NCBI GenBank assembly: GCA_015484595.1
Contig: WFMM01000152.1
Coordinates: 3,842-67,841 of the forward strand
Source of the DNA: Nitrospirota bacterium
GTDB taxonomy: Bacteria > Nitrospirota > Thermodesulfovibrionia > Thermodesulfovibrionales > JdFR-85
Direction of reading: 5' to 3'
Length of the DNA stretch: 64,000 nucleotides
The notes under the pieces are model-generated. The model did not search any database, was not told the DNA's origin, and was given only the letters and a program-made list of their open reading frames with translations. The position numbers and the translations under genes were made by a program. The stretch's first letter is position 1, and each line of letters starts with the position of its first letter. Positions 38,023 to 45,290 of this stretch are shown piece by piece.

Positions 38023-39461
38023 GACTTACCATATTCAGCCGTCTCAGTTTTGGCTACCTCGTCCTTTTCCTGTTCGTCTTTTCAATAGGTGCCTTTTCAA
38101 TCTACCAGATAGAAAGGGTTAAGCTTAAGACCGCAAGGGTCATTACCAGCGACAGTCAGCTTATAGAGATTAACAAAAAACTGATTGACACCATCCTGAG
38201 TGCTGAAAAAAACGAAGAGAAGTATTTACTCATCGGCGATGATGCCTTTCTGAGACAGTACAGAATGGATACAGAGGAGTTCGAAGACAATCTTCAAAGA
38301 ATAAATGCCCTCACTGAAAACAGGGAGGTAAAGGTAATCATCGATGAAATAAAGGCTGCCTTCAGGAAGTACAGGGAAGTCTTTGACGAGGAGTTAGGGC
38401 TTATAAAGAGCAGGCTAAAGTACAACAAAAACATATACAAGTCAATGAAGGAAGAGCAGATCTCTGCGGTTCTCAGGGGTATTAATCGGCTCAAGGCAGT
38501 AAGCCGTCAGCACATCATAAGGACCCTCAAGGCAATCGATAGAGATGAGGAGTCTGTGGAGAGGTTGATCCTCATTGTTACGGCGTGGTTCCTGATAATA
38601 GGTGTGGTGCTTGCTGGTGTGATTACCAGAGGCATAGTAAAACCCCTTTCCATGATAAAGAGAAAGACCAGGGAGATTGCAGAGGGAGACCTTGAGCCAA
38701 ACCTTTCACTTAATGGGCCACCTGAGATAACAGAGGTTGCCCAGTCTATAAACTCCATGTGCGAAAAACTAAAGGAGATTGATAGACTGAAGGCAGACTT
38801 CTTCTCCGTTATGTCCCATGAACTCAGGACCCCTCTTACGGCAATAAAGGAAGGGGTGAGTCTGCTTAAGGAGGGTATCTGTGGCCCAACGAATGAAAAA
38901 CAGCAAAAGATACTGAACATACTGTCTGATGAGAGCAAAAGACTGGTAACGCTGGTTGACAACCTGCTTGACCTGTCTAAGATGGAGGCAGGAATGTTAG
39001 AATATAACTTCGAGGAAGTAAACATCAGTACACTGGTTAATCAGGTTGTTAAAGAGCTGTCTCCAATTGCGGAGGGTAAAGGGGTAAGCATCAGTGTAAG
39101 GGGGGATGTGCCTTCAAAGGTAAGGGCTGACAGCGAAAGGCTCCTTCAGGTGCTCAGGAATCTTATTGGAAATGCCCTTAAGTTCAGTCCCGAGGGCTCT
39201 GAGGTGTTGGTAGGGATTGATGCTGAATCATCAGGTGTGATGGTTTCCGTATCTGACAGGGGCCCTGGAATCCCCGAGGAGTACAGAGAGAAGATATTTG
39301 ACAGGTTTCAGCAGGCAAGGCTTCCAAACTCAAGCCTTTACAAGGGAACGGGGCTGGGTCTTTCAATAGTTAAAAACATAATAAATGGACATGGAGGAAG
39401 GGTATGGGTGGAAAGCAACGAAGGTGGTGGAAGCACCTTCAGGTTCTGGTTGCCTCTTTAG
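38019..39461 (+). CDS. Sensor histidine kinase (two TM, helical periplasmic domain, HAMP, HisKA, HATPase)
   Basis: The H-box is SVMSHELRTPLTAI, the N-box is NLIGNALKF, and the G-boxes are DRGPGIP...GTGLGLSIV. Confidence 0.85.
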   Translation: MRLTIFSRLSFGYLVLFLFVFSIGAFSIYQIERVKLKTARVITSDSQLIEINKKLIDTILSAEKNEEKYLLIGDDAFLRQYRMDTEEFEDNLQRINALTENREVKVIIDEIKAAFRKYREVFDEELGLIKSRLKYNKNIYKSMKEEQISAVLRGINRLKAVSRQHIIRTLKAIDRDEESVERLILIVTAWFLIIGVVLAGVITRGIVKPLSMIKRKTREIAEGDLEPNLSLNGPPEITEVAQSINSMCEKLKEIDRLKADFFSVMSHELRTPLTAIKEGVSLLKEGICGPTNEKQQKILNILSDESKRLVTLVDNLLDLSKMEAGMLEYNFEEVNISTLVNQVVKELSPIAEGKGVSISVRGDVPSKVRADSERLLQVLRNLIGNALKFSPEGSEVLVGIDAESSGVMVSVSDRGPGIPEEYREKIFDRFQQARLPNSSLYKGTGLGLSIVKNIINGHGGRVWVESNEGGGSTFRFWLPL

Positions 39462-39877
39462 TGGCACTTGTGTTTATACAGGGCTGTCTTCCCACTGTGG
39501 AGGTAAAAAAAAGGGCTGGCATGATGGCAAAAGGGGAAGAAAAAAACAGTAAGCCGGTGCTTAAGTGGGAAGAAAGGATGAAAAGCGGAGAGTATGATGA
39601 GTTTATGAAAGAGGCACAGGGTGTATACCAGAGTGCAGAGGATCCTCAACTGAAACAGAAGGCCCTTTATTACATGGCGCTAACACAGATACACCCTGAG
39701 AATCCATCAAGGGACCTGAAAAGGGCTGAGGGCTATTTCAGAAAGCTTATAGTCCTGTATCCTGATGGCATTTATGCTCAGGAATCAAGGGTCTGGCTCG
39801 GGCTTATCTCTATTATTGAGAAATCCAAAAAGATAGACATTGAGATAGAAAAGAAAAAGCAGGAGTTTTCCAGATAA
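39404..39877 (+). CDS. Lipoprotein with TPR-like helical repeat
   Basis: The N-terminus MGGKQRRWWKHLQVLVASLVALVFIQGC has a basic n-region, a hydrophobic core and a lipobox. It overlaps the kinase 3' end by 58 nt. A GTG at 39461 is an alternative start. Confidence 0.5.
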   Translation: MGGKQRRWWKHLQVLVASLVALVFIQGCLPTVEVKKRAGMMAKGEEKNSKPVLKWEERMKSGEYDEFMKEAQGVYQSAEDPQLKQKALYYMALTQIHPENPSRDLKRAEGYFRKLIVLYPDGIYAQESRVWLGLISIIEKSKKIDIEIEKKKQEFSR

Positions 39878-39878
39878 C

Positions 39879-41234
39879 ATGGCCAGTGCTTCGGTTTTGA
39901 TAGTGGACGATGACCTTAATCTTCTTGAGATCATGAAGATGAGGCTTGAGGCCTCAGGGTTTGATGTCACCACTGCCCGTGATGAAAACGAGGCAAGGGC
40001 CTTTATTAAGGAGAAGGACTTTGACCTTGCAGTGGTTGACCTTCAGCTTGTGCAGACCGACGGTATTACCCTTATGAGAGAAATACACGAGATTTATCCA
40101 CTTATGCCCGTGATTATCCTTACTGCCCACGGAAGCATTGAGAGTGCAGTTGAGGCCATGCGCAGGGGTGCCTTTAACTACCTTACAAAGCCCTTTGATG
40201 CAAGGGAGTTGATCGTCCAGATTGAAAGGGCACTTCGTAGCAGTGAGCTTGAGAAAGAGGTTCAACGGCTAAGGGACTTTCTCAAAGAGGAGTATGACTT
40301 TAAAAATATTATAGCCAGAAGCTCAGCAATGAAGAAGGTGCTTGAGCAGGTTTCAAGGATTGCCCAGGTTGACTCATCAGTTTATATTCATGGTGAAAGT
40401 GGAACCGGAAAGGAGCTCATTGCAAGGGCCATTCATCTTGCAAGTCCAAGGAGGGAGAGACCCTTTGTGGCAATAAACTGTGCTGCCCTTCCTGAGGGTG
40501 TGCTTGAGAGTGAGCTGTTCGGTCACGAAAAGGGTGCCTTTACAGGGGCGGTAAGGACGCTGAAGGGGATATTTCAGCGAGCAGAGGGAGGCACCGTTTT
40601 TTTAGACGAGATAGCAGACATGCCCCTTTCAATACAGGGGAGGTTCCTCAGGGTGCTTCAGGAAAGGCAGTTCTATCCACTGGGAAGTGACAGACCCGTC
40701 AGAGTAGATGTAAGGGTCATCGTGGCAACCAACAAGGACCTTGCAGAGGAGGTGAGGGCTGGCAGGTTCAGAGAGGACCTCTTTTTCAGGATACATGTGA
40801 TTCCTCTGAAGCTGCCCCCTCTGAGGGAGAGAAAGGAGGATATCCCCCTTCTGGTAAACCACTTTATAAAGAAATTCAGTGAAAAGATGAAAAAGAATGT
40901 CAACGGCATCAGCTCACGGGCACTTAAGAAGCTTATGCTTTACGACTGGCCTGGAAATGTAAGAGAGCTTGAAAATACCATAGAGTACGCCGTGGCAATG
41001 GCAAGGTCACAGACCATAGAGGATGACCTCATAACCGTAACCCCTGCCTCCACGATAAGCTCCCTGAGACCCTTCGATGAGGCAAAGAGTGAGTTTGAAA
41101 GGGAATATCTTATTAACCTTCTCCGACACACAGGGGGCAATGTCTCAAGGGCAGCAGAGATAGCAGGACGCTACAGGGCTGACCTCTATAACCTCATGAA
41201 AAAACACGGTATAAACCCAAAGGACTATAAATAG
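39879..41234 (+). CDS. Sigma-54-dependent response regulator (REC, AAA+, HTH; NtrC family)
   Basis: The receiver Asp sits in the context DLAVVDLQL. The Walker A is GESGTGKE, the GAFTGA loop is present, and the C-terminus is a Fis-type HTH. Confidence 0.92.
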   Translation: MASASVLIVDDDLNLLEIMKMRLEASGFDVTTARDENEARAFIKEKDFDLAVVDLQLVQTDGITLMREIHEIYPLMPVIILTAHGSIESAVEAMRRGAFNYLTKPFDARELIVQIERALRSSELEKEVQRLRDFLKEEYDFKNIIARSSAMKKVLEQVSRIAQVDSSVYIHGESGTGKELIARAIHLASPRRERPFVAINCAALPEGVLESELFGHEKGAFTGAVRTLKGIFQRAEGGTVFLDEIADMPLSIQGRFLRVLQERQFYPLGSDRPVRVDVRVIVATNKDLAEEVRAGRFREDLFFRIHVIPLKLPPLRERKEDIPLLVNHFIKKFSEKMKKNVNGISSRALKKLMLYDWPGNVRELENTIEYAVAMARSQTIEDDLITVTPASTISSLRPFDEAKSEFEREYLINLLRHTGGNVSRAAEIAGRYRADLYNLMKKHGINPKDYK

Positions 41235-41238
41235 CTTT

Positions 41239-41256
41239 TGTATGGAAATTCATACA
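41239..41256. promoter_or_regulatory. Candidate activator-binding palindrome (UAS)
   Basis: TGTATG-N6-CATACA is followed by a half-site-like TATACA. It lies about 90-100 bp upstream of the -24 element. Confidence 0.35.
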
Positions 41257-41341
41257 GTTTATACACTTTTTTCACGCCATTTACACCCCTCAATTAATTA
41301 AAATTCTTTTAAAAACAATAACTTACCCATCCACCAAATTC

Positions 41342-41356
41342 TGGCATCATTATTGC
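41342..41356 (+). promoter_or_regulatory. Sigma-54 (-24/-12) promoter
   Basis: TGGCAT-cattA-TTGC has GG-N10-GC spacing that matches TGGCAC-N5-TTGC. It lies downstream of the sigma-54 activator gene and upstream of the multiheme cytochrome. Confidence 0.6.
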
Positions 41357-41433
41357 GTAATAAATATTCAGTGTATACAAGATGTAAAGATGGCAGATTT
41401 TTAAAGATATAGAGAATTTGCAATCTGAATAAC

Positions 41434-41485
41434 TGGATTTTGGACTTTGTTTAGGATTTAGGAATTAGAATTTAGAGTTTAATCT
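41434..41485. repeat. 7-bp tandem array (TTAGGAT family) in the cytochrome leader
   Basis: The array reads tggattt|tggactt|tgt + ttaggat|ttaggaa|ttagaat|ttagagt|ttaatct. Confidence 0.7.
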
Positions 41486-41528
41486 TAAAAAGCTGGAGGT
41501 GATAAGCAGACAAAAAGGGAGGAAAGAG

Positions 41529-41708
41529 ATGGAGATACTGAAGCTTATAACTGCACTCCTTCTGATTGCAGGGGTGCTTCAGGGTATATCCTATCTGACA
41601 TGGAGTATTAAAGAGCTGCATCGGGATAAATTAAAGAAGGAGGTTAAGGTTTATGAAAAAGGCTCGAATAATGCTTATAGTTGCGGTAATACTCATGATT
41701 GTTTTTAG
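41529..41708 (+). CDS. Possible small single-TM protein (about 59 aa)
   Basis: GGGAGG sits 6 nt upstream of the ATG. MEILKLITALLLIAGVLQGISYL is a TM helix. The 3' end overlaps the cytochrome start by 56 nt, so coding status is uncertain. Confidence 0.3.
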   Translation: MEILKLITALLLIAGVLQGISYLTWSIKELHRDKLKKEVKVYEKGSNNAYSCGNTHDCF

Positions 41709-43746
41709 CCTATCGCAGGCATGGGCAGACAGAGGTAAAGAAAAACATCAAAGGCACCACAATGACAGAGAGCTAAAGATTCAAAAGGCAAAGCACAAAA
41801 GACATAAGGAAAGCTTTGTTATTAAGGATACACAAGATGATGACCGTGATGGAGATGAGCCCCAGACTGGTGGTGGCATAAATCAGCCCATTACAGGCCC
41901 AGGGTTTCAGGTGCTTGCCTTTAACGACCTTGGAATGCACTGTTATGACAAAGACTATTCAGTCTTTTCCATCCTGCCCCCCTTTAATGTCATCCACGCA
42001 CAGGTGGTGAAAAAGGGTGCTGAGCCAGAGGTGCTTGACGACAGCCAGGTTGAGGTCTACTACTCAGCGGTGGAGGACACTAAGGGCTCAATCAACACAA
42101 CCAGTGCTGGAAAGACGAATTTCTGGGATTATGTATACGAGCTTTTTGGTGTTTCACCTTCACCTGACGAGGGCCTTACCGGAAACAGGATGCCTGGTGA
42201 CAGAAAGACCTGGAGGATTTTTGCCGAGTACAATCCTGACAAAAAGTGGTTTACTGCCTCGGGAATACCGATTACTGCAACAGATGACAGCGGGGCAAAG
42301 AACCACTACCCCATGATGAGGATAACCGCAGTTGATAAGTCCACAGGACAGGTGCTTGCCTACACTGACATAGTGCTACCTGTATCAGATGAGATGCACT
42401 GCAGTGACTGTCACTCAACAGGTTGTATGGCAGCAAACCAGAGCACTGCAAAAAGGTACTCAATAGGTGCATGGAGTGATGGAGGAGGTGACCCGGAGAT
42501 AGAGTACAGGGAAAACATCCTGATACTTCATGATGCAAAACACGGAACAAACCTGCTTGGTTCAACGCCTGTGCTCTGTGCATCCTGTCACTACTCTCCT
42601 GCCCTTGACCTTGCTGGTAAAGGACCACAGGGGCCGCAGGTGGGGCTTCCACTTCTTTCTGAGGCAATTCACGGAAGGCATGGAAGGACAATTAACGATG
42701 AGCTTCCGTCAAACCCTGAGGATGCAATTATCCCGGATACCGCTGGAACAGGTGCCTGCTACTACTGTCACCCTGGAAGTTCAACTAAGTGTCTAAGGGG
42801 TGTTATGGCAGAGGCTGGTCTTGATTGTCAGAACTGCCACGGTGGTATGTTACAGGTGGCTGGTGAGTTTTCACAGAGGATGCCCTGGGTTGATGAGCCA
42901 AAGTGTCAGTCCTGTCATACAGGGGATGCAGTAAAAAACAATGGTGTAATAAGGGAGACAGTGGCTTACGACAGCTCTGACCCTGCTGCCCTGCCACGAC
43001 AAAACCCATGGAGCAGGTTTGCTGAAAATAACGATACCCTTTACAGAGACAGCCTTGGTCATGGTGGGCTTGCCTGTGAGGCCTGTCACGGAAGCACTCA
43101 TGCCATATGGCCAAGCAGGGAGCCTAACGACAATGTTTCAGCCACTGAGATACAGGGACATCAGGGTGTGATTATAGAATGCAGTGCCTGTCACGGAAAT
43201 AACCTTGCACCTACAACCGATGGTCCCCACGGAATGCACAATGTCAATGACCCTGTGTGGAACAAGGAACACGGAGATTTTTATGAGCAAAATGCCAGAA
43301 CCTGTAAAAGTTGCCACGGCCAGAACCTCCAAGGCACCGAGCTTTCCGAGACCCATGACGACAGGGTGCTTTTTGACAAAAGGGGTAACAGGATAAAACT
43401 TTCAAAGGGAACACAGGTGAGTTGCTCAATCTGTCACGAAAACCCTGAAACCGGAACCATGAATGCACCACCAACAGTGCCTGTGCAATCTCCCACACAG
43501 CCATCACAACCCACACAGCCTTCTAATCCTTCACAGCCAATGCAGCCTACAACGCCCACACAGCCTGACGGTGTAGCCCTTTATACTCAGAACTGCTCAG
43601 GCTGTCACGGACCTCTTGCACGCTCGTCTAAACGAGGCGCCACTGCCTCACAGATACAGAATGCCATTAACAAAAACTTCGGTGGTATGGGCAGGTTTAA
43701 GAGCCTGACCACCGCTGAGATAAATGCCATAGCCTCCGTCCTATAA
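41653..43746 (+). CDS. Ten-heme c-type cytochrome: a nine-heme body, a P/T/Q linker, and a C-terminal class-I monoheme domain
   Basis: The RBS GGAGG precedes the signal peptide ..LSQAWA/D. The ten CXXCH motifs are CSDCH, CASCH, CYYCH, CQNCH, CQSCH, CEACH, CSACH, CKSCH, CSICH and CSGCH. Confidence 0.85.
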   Translation: MKKARIMLIVAVILMIVFSLSQAWADRGKEKHQRHHNDRELKIQKAKHKRHKESFVIKDTQDDDRDGDEPQTGGGINQPITGPGFQVLAFNDLGMHCYDKDYSVFSILPPFNVIHAQVVKKGAEPEVLDDSQVEVYYSAVEDTKGSINTTSAGKTNFWDYVYELFGVSPSPDEGLTGNRMPGDRKTWRIFAEYNPDKKWFTASGIPITATDDSGAKNHYPMMRITAVDKSTGQVLAYTDIVLPVSDEMHCSDCHSTGCMAANQSTAKRYSIGAWSDGGGDPEIEYRENILILHDAKHGTNLLGSTPVLCASCHYSPALDLAGKGPQGPQVGLPLLSEAIHGRHGRTINDELPSNPEDAIIPDTAGTGACYYCHPGSSTKCLRGVMAEAGLDCQNCHGGMLQVAGEFSQRMPWVDEPKCQSCHTGDAVKNNGVIRETVAYDSSDPAALPRQNPWSRFAENNDTLYRDSLGHGGLACEACHGSTHAIWPSREPNDNVSATEIQGHQGVIIECSACHGNNLAPTTDGPHGMHNVNDPVWNKEHGDFYEQNARTCKSCHGQNLQGTELSETHDDRVLFDKRGNRIKLSKGTQVSCSICHENPETGTMNAPPTVPVQSPTQPSQPTQPSNPSQPMQPTTPTQPDGVALYTQNCSGCHGPLARSSKRGATASQIQNAINKNFGGMGRFKSLTTAEINAIASVL

Positions 43747-43766
43747 ACCCCCAGCCCTCCTTCAAA

Positions 43767-43799
43767 GGGAGAGACTGTTGTCTCTCCCTCTCTTTTTTA
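43767..43799 (+). terminator. Rho-independent terminator after the cytochrome gene
   Basis: GGGAGAGAC-tgtt-GTCTCTCCC gives a 9-bp stem, followed by TCTCTTTTTTATTT. Confidence 0.7.
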
Positions 43800-43800
43800 T

Positions 43801-43830
43801 TTGACTTTATCGGTTATGTCTTATTATAAT
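43801..43830 (+). promoter_or_regulatory. Near-consensus sigma-70-type promoter
   Basis: The pattern is TTGACT-N18-TATAAT. The -10 element ends 14 nt before the ATG at 43845, and no SD lies in between. Confidence 0.5.
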
Positions 43831-43844
43831 TTTCTATTCATCAA

Positions 43845-44225
43845 ATGAAGTACAGAGAAGACAAGAGCACACTATATGAGCCACGGTGTCCCTTTTGCAG
43901 GGATTTTTTTTCAAGACCAGTAGATATAGATACCGATTTCGGGGCCTTTTCAGGAGGGGTCTGTAGCTGCGGCGCTGTGTATGCCTTTGACCCAACAGGT
44001 AGAAACCTGGGGGAGACCTTTATGGATGCCCTCTCATACGCCTGTGGTGGTGATTACGAAAAGGCGGTGAGTCTTGAGGCAGGAGTGGATTACGAAGAAT
44101 ACATATTACAGTACAATTACAGAACCCATAGCATCTCTCCAGGAAGGGCCTACAGTTTATTCGATAGAAGAGCAAGGGGAATGCTTTACTTTGTAAAATT
44201 AAAAAATATTAAGGCCACTGATTGA
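43845..44225 (+). CDS. Cys-rich hypothetical protein (putative zinc ribbon)
   Basis: 126 aa. CPFC-X24-CSC suggests four Cys ligands near the N-terminus. I recognised no family. The gene lies between the cytochrome terminator and the dsrC promoter. Confidence 0.5.
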   Translation: MKYREDKSTLYEPRCPFCRDFFSRPVDIDTDFGAFSGGVCSCGAVYAFDPTGRNLGETFMDALSYACGGDYEKAVSLEAGVDYEEYILQYNYRTHSISPGRAYSLFDRRARGMLYFVKLKNIKATD

Positions 44226-44227
44226 AA

Positions 44228-44278
44228 AATAAGTTTTTTTAATTTGACCCTAAAATAAAAACTGTATTATTGTTTATA
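44228..44278 (+). promoter_or_regulatory. Candidate dsrC promoter, paralogous in layout to the dsrA promoter
   Basis: The pattern is AATAAG-T7-AA-TTTGACC-N15-TATTAT-TGTTTA. It shares the outer blocks AATAAGTTTTTTT, ATTTGACC and ACTGTATTAT.GTTTA with 33240-33290. Confidence 0.5.
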
Positions 44279-44345
44279 GCCTGTTTAAAAGAGATATGTC
44301 AGTTAAGGGAGTTTTCCCATAAAAAACAAATCAAGGAGGTTTAAG

Positions 44346-44681
44346 ATGCCAACATTAGAATTCCAGGGCAAACAGATCGAGGTCGATGAGGAAGGTTATC
44401 TCCAGAACCTTGATGACTGGACTCCTGAGCTTGCTGCCTACATGGCTCAGCAGGATGGTCAGGAACTGACAGACGAGCACTGGGAGATCATCAACTTTCT
44501 GAGGGATTATTATCAGAAGTATCAGATTGCTCCAATGATCAAGATTCTGGTTAAGGAGATCAAAAAGACCATGGGACCTGATAAGGGTAACACCAAGTAT
44601 CTCTATCAGCTCTTTCCAGATGGTCCAGCAAAGCAGGCCTGTAGGTATGCAGGACTGCCAAAACCAACAGGTTGCGTATAA
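44346..44681 (+). CDS. dsrC: DsrC
   Basis: 111 aa. The C-terminal arm CRYAGLPKPTGCV carries the two conserved Cys residues, and the N-terminus has the TusE-like pattern. Confidence 0.95.
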   Translation: MPTLEFQGKQIEVDEEGYLQNLDDWTPELAAYMAQQDGQELTDEHWEIINFLRDYYQKYQIAPMIKILVKEIKKTMGPDKGNTKYLYQLFPDGPAKQACRYAGLPKPTGCV

Positions 44682-44695
44682 TCCTTTCTGATAAG

Positions 44696-44730
44696 GGCAC
44701 CCCGACTTTTAAGGGGTGCCTGATTTTTAT
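44696..44730 (+). terminator. Rho-independent terminator after dsrC
   Basis: GGCACCCC-gacttttaa-GGGGTGCC is followed by TGATTTTTAT. Confidence 0.7.
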
Positions 44731-44748
44731 CAGGACTAATTAAAAAAG

Positions 44749-45267
44749 ATGGGGATAAGGGAACAACTAAAAGAAAACAGGGAAAAGATACTGAGCAGAT
44801 GGTTTGAAAGTATTTTAAAGACCTATCCAGCAGAGACAGTCAGGTTTCTTAAAAAAACAAAAGACCAGTTTCACAATCCTGTAGGACAAACGATAAAAGA
44901 AGGTATAGAGGGTATATTATTTGAGCTAACCGGGGAAGGGGAGATAGAAAAGATAACCCCCTTTCTTGACAGAATTATCAGAATCAGGGCAATTCAGGAC
45001 TTCACTCCATCAGAAGCAGTTGCTTTCATCTTTCAGCTAAAGGGTATTATCAGAGAGGAAATTGATTTGGACAGAATCGGCTCTGAGGAGCTTCTGGGGC
45101 TGGATAAAAAAATAGACGAGCTGGCATTGAAGACCTTTGATATCTACATGGGATGTAGAGAAAAGCTCTATGAACTAAAGGCCACGGAGCTAAGGAACTG
45201 GACATACAAACTGCTTGAGAGGGCTAATCTTTTAAAAGAGTTTGAAGAGAATTTCAAATCAAAGTAG
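44749..45267 (+). CDS. RsbRD-N-terminal-like helical protein in the DsrT position, upstream of dsrMKJOP
   Basis: 172 aa. The N-terminus, ENREKILSRWFESILKTYPAETVRFLKKTKDQFHNPVG, looks like RsbRD_N. The DsrT assignment comes from position and from my recollection of the family, so it is tentative. Confidence 0.5.
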   Translation: MGIREQLKENREKILSRWFESILKTYPAETVRFLKKTKDQFHNPVGQTIKEGIEGILFELTGEGEIEKITPFLDRIIRIRAIQDFTPSEAVAFIFQLKGIIREEIDLDRIGSEELLGLDKKIDELALKTFDIYMGCREKLYELKATELRNWTYKLLERANLLKEFEENFKSK

Positions 45268-45290
45268 TGTTTCTTAAAAGGAGGTTATAA

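Noticed and set aside
39462-39478. Second sigma-54-like element TGGCACttgtgTTTAT at the kinase/lipoprotein junction
   Set aside because: The -12 element lacks the GC dinucleotide (TTTA instead of TTGC), and it lies inside overlapping coding sequence.
41653-43746. An MccA-type octahaem sulfite reductase identity for the dsr-embedded cytochrome
   Set aside because: All ten CH dipeptides belong to standard CXXCH motifs. There is no CX15CH site, and the heme count and C-terminal monoheme fusion do not fit MccA.
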